Shown here piece by piece: positions 58,497-64,000 of a stretch of DNA of 64,000 bases; position 1 is the stretch's first letter; every line of letters starts with the position of its first letter. A model generated the notes under the pieces. It was not told the DNA's origin. It saw only the letters and a program-made list of their open reading frames with translations, and made no database searches. The position numbers were made by a program, and so were the translations under genes. Source of the DNA: an uncultured virus (IMG/VR IMGVR_UViG_2667527966_000006) (taxonomy: Duplodnaviria > Heunggongvirae > Uroviricota > Caudoviricetes); the IMG/VR virus record IMGVR_UViG_2667527966_000006. One strand, written 5' to 3'.

Positions 58497-58916
58497 ATGT
58501 TAGGCGAAATATCTCTGGCTGATGAGTTAGATCGTAAAACGATAGAGGCGCTTACACGCATCGCAGAAGAGCAGTCCCGATCGTTGATGACAGAACGAGA
58601 GGCCAGGCTGGCTATCAGAGCTGTTTTTGAGTCCGTTCAGGGATTGGTAGGCGATGATGTGGGAGAGGTTCTGAATGTGGCAATGTCCCAGTTCAGCGAA
58701 CGCGGCAAGCGACCTATCTTCCCCATGCATATCAAAATGGCTGCCGGCACGGTTCTGTATGTGTCGATTTGTCTGGATACAAATGAAATTCGCATTCTCA
58801 ACGTCACCACTGGTGAGTGGCATGCGCCGGTAGTGTGCGAATCGCAGGAGGAGACCATCAAAAAAGCAGCTCAATTCGTGCGTAGCGCACTGCTTAAAGG
58901 TGCCAAAAAGCTGTAA
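58497..58916 (+). CDS. Hypothetical protein
   Basis: 139-aa ORF, AGGA RBS. Confidence 0.6.
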   Translation: MLGEISLADELDRKTIEALTRIAEEQSRSLMTEREARLAIRAVFESVQGLVGDDVGEVLNVAMSQFSERGKRPIFPMHIKMAAGTVLYVSICLDTNEIRILNVTTGEWHAPVVCESQEETIKKAAQFVRSALLKGAKKL

Positions 58917-58925
58917 GGAGTAGTA

Positions 58926-59720
58926 ATGGGACAACCAGTAAATATAGCAGGCAAACGTTTTGGAAAGTTGGTTGCACTTAAATATTCCGGTATTTCAAAC
59001 AAACAGGGGCGACTTTGGGATTGCATCTGCGATTGCGGTAACACCTGCCAAGTTAGTTACGGGAAGCTAAATCACGGGGCGACAATATCGTGTGGCTGTG
59101 TCTACAACGCACATCGTCGTAGCATAAAGCCTCATGGTATGAGTAAAACGCCAATTTATCGTATATGGCTGGGTATGCGGGAACGATGTGAAAAAACAAC
59201 CCATCACGCCTATAAGTGGTATGGCGGCCGAGGTATCAAAGTCTGTGAGCGGTGGCAAATCTTTGAAAATTTTTATGCTGACATGGGAGAGCGACCAGAA
59301 GGGATGTCTCTTGATCGCAAAGATGTGAATGGTGACTACGAACCTGAAAATTGCAGATGGGCGACTTTTGAAGAGCAGGCCAATAACACGCGTTCAAACT
59401 TAATTTTGGAGCATATGGGGGAAAAGCTGACTCTCTCACAATGGGCTAAAAGAGCTGGGATTCAGGCATCTACTCTTCACTATCGAATCAAGAAGGGGTG
59501 GCCATTAGGTCGCGCGCTTAACGCCAGCGTCGACACATATGCCAACCGAGATAGTAAGCGTCTGATCGAGTGTCGTGGCAGAACTCAGCGGATTACCGAA
59601 TGGGCAAGAGAGGTTGGCTTGACTGCGACCATTATCTCGCAGCGAATTTTGAGGGGATGGGATGTTGAAGCTGCCATTTTCACACCATCCAAACGACCAG
59701 TAAAAGGAGATAAAAAGTGA
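58926..59720 (+). CDS. HNH homing endonuclease-like protein
   Basis: 'G.RFGKL...W.C.CDCG', 'SCGC', 'YGGRGI.VC..W', 'SLDR.D.NG.Y.PENCRWA..EQ.NN' and two C-terminal repeats. Confidence 0.85.
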   Translation: MGQPVNIAGKRFGKLVALKYSGISNKQGRLWDCICDCGNTCQVSYGKLNHGATISCGCVYNAHRRSIKPHGMSKTPIYRIWLGMRERCEKTTHHAYKWYGGRGIKVCERWQIFENFYADMGERPEGMSLDRKDVNGDYEPENCRWATFEEQANNTRSNLILEHMGEKLTLSQWAKRAGIQASTLHYRIKKGWPLGRALNASVDTYANRDSKRLIECRGRTQRITEWAREVGLTATIISQRILRGWDVEAAIFTPSKRPVKGDKK

Positions 59721-60265
59721 TTGCTACAGGGGTGGACATCGAATCTACAGGTATTGATTTTCTCTCAGGCCATAAGATCATTGAAATCGCAATGGTGAAG
59801 TACGAAATTGAGACCCAGGCAATGGTTGATAGTTTTGTAATGCGGTTCAACCCGCGTCGCAGTATCGATCCTAAAGCGCAAGCTGTACACGGTATCTGTC
59901 TTGAAGATTTAGCCGCTGAGCCGTTACTAGCCGATCACGCTTCATCTGTCGCTTCATTCCTCTCTTCTTCCGATATTTGGATAGCCCACAATGGCGAAGC
60001 ATTCGACATTCCGTTTATTAGGCATGAGCTGAAAAGTTACGGTTTTTCGCTTCCAGACGTCCCATTGATTGACACTGTATTTTCCCTGTGGGCGACAGAA
60101 GACGGCAAACGGCCGCGACTGGAGGAACTCGCCTTCTCATTGGGTTTTGTCTATGACAAGACTAAGGCGCACAGCGCGCTCTATGATACCGATCTGATGA
60201 TGCACTGCTTTTTCAAAGCACGGGAAAAATACGGCTTCTATAAGCTCCCATTCGAAAGCGCCTGA
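59717..60265 (+). CDS. dnaQ: DEDDh 3'-5' exonuclease (Pol III epsilon-like)
   Basis: 'DIESTG', 'IIEIA', 'HNG..FD..FI' and 'HSALYD'. Confidence 0.85.
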   Translation: MIATGVDIESTGIDFLSGHKIIEIAMVKYEIETQAMVDSFVMRFNPRRSIDPKAQAVHGICLEDLAAEPLLADHASSVASFLSSSDIWIAHNGEAFDIPFIRHELKSYGFSLPDVPLIDTVFSLWATEDGKRPRLEELAFSLGFVYDKTKAHSALYDTDLMMHCFFKAREKYGFYKLPFESA

Positions 60266-60390
60266 CGGCGCTTTCGCCCCTCTCATTATCCCAACTGCCT
60301 GTATTTACTTCTTTTCCACCTAATAGGTTTTGACAAAATGCTCTCAACCCAAAAACGTATAAACGCTCACACAACGTAAAGGAGAGAGAC

Positions 60391-61224
60391 ATGAGCAACC
60401 TCAACAATACAGTCAAAAAAGATGATCTGGATGAGCTGACCGCCATGCTGCAACTGCTCGATGAGCCTGAAAAACTGGCTTCGGAGGCCGTTGTAGGAGA
60501 CGAAATAGACGACCTGCTGGCAGATCTTAACGATGAGACGATCGTGCCGGTGCCGGCTGTTGCTGAAACTGTAATGGAAGCGAAAGACGGCGGCGATCTC
60601 ACCGGTGTGTTTGAAGAGTTGGAAAACGAACATGAGTCGCTGAAGGTGGTTGATGTTGAGATACCTCAAGTCGAGTCGATCTCCCCTCTTCCTAAGATCG
60701 ACTCGACACAGGGTGATAAACCTCAGACTGATGAAAAAAAGGAGAAACACGCCAAAGAATCGTCAGTTGCGGCTCAGCCAAAAGAGTCGAAGGCAGCGAA
60801 AAAAGAGCGCGCAGCACCCAAGCCTCGATTCAGTCTGAACGAAAAGGGCGATGATTTTTATGCTGCGGCTGGCCTGAAACGTGAGGTCTTTATCGAAGCT
60901 CTGAATTCGGCGCCGGTCAAGGCAAAAGACAAGATCTCTAACCTGCTAAATTGGTTCAATGGCGGACCGGATATCAGCATCTACACGGTGATTGCATTGC
61001 GGCATCTTATTGACACAAAAGAGGCAAGCAGCAATAGCATTAAGCTGGCGTTAATGAGCTATCCGGAAAAGCCATATCCACTCAGCACCGCGTCGACTCA
61101 GGCTGGCCAGATGATGGCTGTTTTCCCAGTCACGGGAATCGCTACGAGGGATGGTGGAAGATTGCTTCTTAATGAAGAGTCCCCGATCGTAAGGAAATTT
61201 ATCGCGGAGTATTCCATTGGCTGA
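60391..61224 (+). CDS. Hypothetical protein with acidic N-terminus
   Basis: AAGGAG RBS; 277 aa. Confidence 0.65.
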   Translation: MSNLNNTVKKDDLDELTAMLQLLDEPEKLASEAVVGDEIDDLLADLNDETIVPVPAVAETVMEAKDGGDLTGVFEELENEHESLKVVDVEIPQVESISPLPKIDSTQGDKPQTDEKKEKHAKESSVAAQPKESKAAKKERAAPKPRFSLNEKGDDFYAAAGLKREVFIEALNSAPVKAKDKISNLLNWFNGGPDISIYTVIALRHLIDTKEASSNSIKLALMSYPEKPYPLSTASTQAGQMMAVFPVTGIATRDGGRLLLNEESPIVRKFIAEYSIG

Positions 61225-61376
61225 CGATCCGTTTCGCGCTCTGAAGCCCCCTGATAGTTTTAGAGCGTTGGACAGTTATTCGTATGCCCCAACAGTAAAA
61301 AACACGCCAGAGCGTCTCCCGTTAAGCAATCTGGCGTGTTTTTTCTTTATTTGCCATTCGTAAAATGACATGAAAA

Positions 61377-61398
61377 AATAGGTAAGTACTTACCTATT
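61377..61398. promoter_or_regulatory. Operator A, perfect 22-bp palindrome
   Basis: AATAGGTAAGTACTTACCTATT upstream of the MTase. Confidence 0.75.
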
Positions 61399-61408
61399 GG
61401 ATTGTAAA

Positions 61409-62002
61409 ATGATAGCAGCCGAAAAAATCAAAAAGCGAGAGCGAGATGCCTCTCTTCGAGACCTTTGGCGCACACCGAAATGGTTGTTTGTCGCCATTCA
61501 GCGATATCTCGGCATTACGTTTGATGTTGATGTCGCCTGTAACAAAGAAAACGCGCTTCTTCCGAGCTACATAGGTGTGGAACGAGATGCTCTTAAGTCC
61601 AGCTGGGGTGATCCTGGTACGGTGGCCTTTCTCAACCCGCCCTACTCCAAAATAACCCCCTGGATAGAGGCGGCTATCCGAGAGCAAGCGCGTGGTGTAA
61701 CCACCGTTATGCTCATTCCGCAATCGCTCGACACGATGTGGTATGAGCGCGCCACCGAGTGCGCAAACCAGACGGTAGTTCTGTCTGGCGGCCGCGTAGC
61801 GTTCATGGAACCAGACGTCACTTTGGGTTTGGTTGAGGTCAATATCAACCCTGGCGGAAGTATGCTGGTGGTCTTTCGCGGATTCTGTCAGAACGCTGGT
61901 CACTTCATGAATAAAGTCCCGCTGACGGTGATGAAAAGTCTGGGTGGTTACGATCCTGCCAAAGTGATCAGGAAAAAAAGACCACGGAAACAGGCTGCTT
62001 AA
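61409..62002 (+). CDS. Phage DNA N6-adenine methyltransferase
   Basis: 'D.WRTP..LF', 'F..DVA' and 'FLNPPYS' (T1/phage Dam family). Confidence 0.85.
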   Translation: MIAAEKIKKRERDASLRDLWRTPKWLFVAIQRYLGITFDVDVACNKENALLPSYIGVERDALKSSWGDPGTVAFLNPPYSKITPWIEAAIREQARGVTTVMLIPQSLDTMWYERATECANQTVVLSGGRVAFMEPDVTLGLVEVNINPGGSMLVVFRGFCQNAGHFMNKVPLTVMKSLGGYDPAKVIRKKRPRKQAA

Positions 62003-62026
62003 TCCGAGTCTGGGAGCGTTTCATAA

Positions 62027-62083
62027 CCTGCTTTCGTATATATAAATAACTAAGTACTAATTATAAACATATACGAAAGCAGG
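62027..62083. repeat. Inverted-repeat element with AT-rich centre (copy 2)
   Basis: CCTGCTTTCGTATAT/ATATACGAAAGCAGG perfect 15-bp arms. Confidence 0.65.
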
Positions 62084-62199
62084 CTTTTCCTTGTCGATTC
62101 CAGACCACTCCCAGACCGAAACAAGACGCCCAGACCACTCTGGAACCCCTTTCCAGACGCTATAGAATCGTTTTTGTGAAGACAAGTAAGGAAACCATC

Positions 62200-62433
62200 A
62201 TGGCATACCCGACCAACGTTGTAGCGCTCGTTGAGAGCGATTTTTTGGCTAACGCTCGCGAACTCATGAAGGATCGTGAAAAGGCATTCAGTCTTTACGA
62301 GTGGTCACTGAAATGTTTGCACACTGGCGAACACAAAGACCTGATTGAGCAGCTCCTTGGCGAGCTAATCAACGAGGTTTTTGCTCTGCAAGTTCAGCTT
62401 CATGGTAGACAAAATGATCAGTCAGGAAAGTAA
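62200..62433 (+). CDS. Small hypothetical protein
   Basis: TAAGGA RBS, 77 aa. Confidence 0.6.
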   Translation: MAYPTNVVALVESDFLANARELMKDREKAFSLYEWSLKCLHTGEHKDLIEQLLGELINEVFALQVQLHGRQNDQSGK

Positions 62434-63005
62434 GTAAGTAGTTACCGTTTACGATGTATCATAGTGGTTGTAGAATGATGTCGATTTCGACCTGAGTCGA
62501 AATCTCGGTCTGGTGGGTGGAGGATAGCGTCACTGGCACCAGACTTAAAAAAGCCCACAACCAGCGCAGAACCAGCCCTTTTGGGGTCTGGGGAAGGGGG
62601 AACCAAAGTGGGCAGAGAGAAGGGTCACTTTATGATTGTCGAGTCTGGGTATTTTGAGAGGTTGAATCCAGTACTCCCCTTCATGAAGTGTGGGAAGATC
62701 TCGGTTCTGGGGTGCTGTCATCCATAACTTCCCAAGCCTAAGCTGGCAGTAGACTTAGGTCATAACTTTTCAGGTTATGAAACGACCAGGTTGGTGAGGA
62801 TTTTTTACTCACCTCCCTGGGAGAGTATTACCTGAAAAGACAACCTCTCACTTCGTTCGAGGTGAACTTCACTCACTTCGTTCGCTCAGTTCAGGTAAAA
62901 ATAAACCCGATCTGGGAAGTAATTCATTGAAAATAAATATGTATAAACACGCGTGCGCACACGCGCGAGGAAAAACGGGCGGCGGCGCACGCTTTGGAGT
63001 TAGAG

Positions 63006-63593
63006 ATGACGACAAGCACACACGCCAGACGAAAAACGGCAGCCGGCCGTGCGCAGCACCAGTATCAAAAACACCCCCGCAAAAACTTCAAAACGCCAGT
63101 TGTCGAATTTAATCCCCGGTTTAAGACGGTCAAAGTTTTCAGTGATGGCTCTTGTCTCAGAAACCCAGGCGGGCCCGGTGGATATGGCATCGTCTTTCAG
63201 TTCCGCGGCGAAGAACGCGAGTTTTCCGACGGCTTCCACAGCACCACAAACAATCGCATGGAGATGATGGGCGCCCTGATAGCTTTGGAACGCCTTAAAT
63301 TCTCCTGCAACGTGATCCTGCACTCAGATAGCCAGTATCTCAAAAATGGTATGACCCTCTGGATGAAGGGGTGGAAACAAAATGGTTGGATCACTGCTGA
63401 CAAGAAGCCTGTTAAGAATGTCGACCTCTGGAAACGACTCGATTTAGCCGCCAGTCGCCACAATGTCAGGTGGAACTGGGTAAAGGGCCACGCCGGGCAT
63501 CGAGAAAACGAAATATGCGACAGGCTGGCCAAGATCGCAGCATATGCGGCAGCGGATACTCCACACAAAAAAGATGCTGGTTTTTTGGTATAA
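63006..63593 (+). CDS. rnhA: Ribonuclease HI
   Basis: '[14 protein letters not shown]', 'TTNNRME', 'DSQY', 'VKN.DLW' and '[12 protein letters not shown]'. Confidence 0.93.
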   Translation: MTTSTHARRKTAAGRAQHQYQKHPRKNFKTPVVEFNPRFKTVKVFSDGSCLRNPGGPGGYGIVFQFRGEEREFSDGFHSTTNNRMEMMGALIALERLKFSCNVILHSDSQYLKNGMTLWMKGWKQNGWITADKKPVKNVDLWKRLDLAASRHNVRWNWVKGHAGHRENEICDRLAKIAAYAAADTPHKKDAGFLV

Positions 63594-63750
63594 AATGATA
63601 AGTAAGTATTTACCTATCATTTTGTATCATGTATCTTACCCATCGTCAGGATGACAACGTGCTGGTTAGGCACGGTTCCAAGGATGGAACGCAAAAAACG
63701 GCGGCTGGACATTCCAGCCGCAACTCTTTCTGACATTGAAAGGATTTCAA

Positions 63751-64000
63751 ATGGCACATCAAACGCCTTCCTCTTCTCTTAAGAAACACCCCCGTTCGCT
63801 ACGACTCATCCTGGCGGAGTTATTCTCCGGCCGTGTGTCTGCACGCCTGTCCGAACTGGAAGAGAAAGTAGGTCAAATGGAGCATCGTCTGGATGACCAT
63901 GCGGTGGCCATCTCTAACCTGGGGGCTCGTGTGGCAATGGGGGAAGTGATGAAGACCCGAACCGCAAAAATCCTGCGAGACACCTGGGGCGTGCGAGCCA
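63751..64000 (+). CDS. Hypothetical protein, 3' end outside window
   Basis: AAGGA RBS; open to the window end. Confidence 0.5.
   Translation, partial: MAHQTPSSSLKKHPRSLRLILAELFSGRVSARLSELEEKVGQMEHRLDDHAVAISNLGARVAMGEVMKTRTAKILRDTWGVRA

Noticed and set aside
13604..60393. Recurrent AAGGA...ACACATG start context as a special regulatory motif
   Set aside because: Adequately explained as a strong Shine-Dalgarno with an A-rich spacer.
1..64000. Insertion sequences, rRNA, and the many long antisense ORFs inside recognised genes
   Set aside because: No transposase or rRNA signatures were seen; the antisense ORFs are shadows of codon-biased genes.

Overview
This is a 64-kb segment of a large enterobacterial phage-plasmid. 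Gene content and an IncFIB-type iteron replicon match the SSU5/pHCM2-like group (recognised from memory, not searched). From left to right: the 3' part of a giant modular tail/host-specificity protein, a tail fibre, a lysis cassette and a ParA/ParG-type partition pair; then helicase, primase and ligase; a ~1.2-kb non-coding RNA cluster with two tRNAs; phoH, a glutaredoxin, a YafO-type toxin pair and an orphan colicin-E1-type immunity gene; a LexA-box-controlled tyrosine recombinase convergent with an XRE repressor; vWA/AAA genes, dnaE, csp, SSB, 5'-3' exonuclease and recA; repA with iterons; sbcCD, a resolvase, nrdAB, thyA, DHFR, an HNH endonuclease, dnaQ, an adenine MTase and rnhA. Several AT-rich single-gene 'morons' sit at operon boundaries. 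The main unexplained signals are: (1) a tmRNA-like tag frame (ANDNQYLAVA*) with tmRNA-like flanking structure but no tRNA-like domain, heading a tandem array of long-stemmed RNA elements that includes a C4-like RNA and an 8/4-fold tRNA-Ser; (2) a loxP-like palindrome beside the recombinase whose arm recurs as an exact 15-mer at three distant sites; (3) two dispersed palindromic operator families; and (4) twin inverted-repeat elements that may be replication origins. All calls were made by eye; no database searches or folding programs were run.
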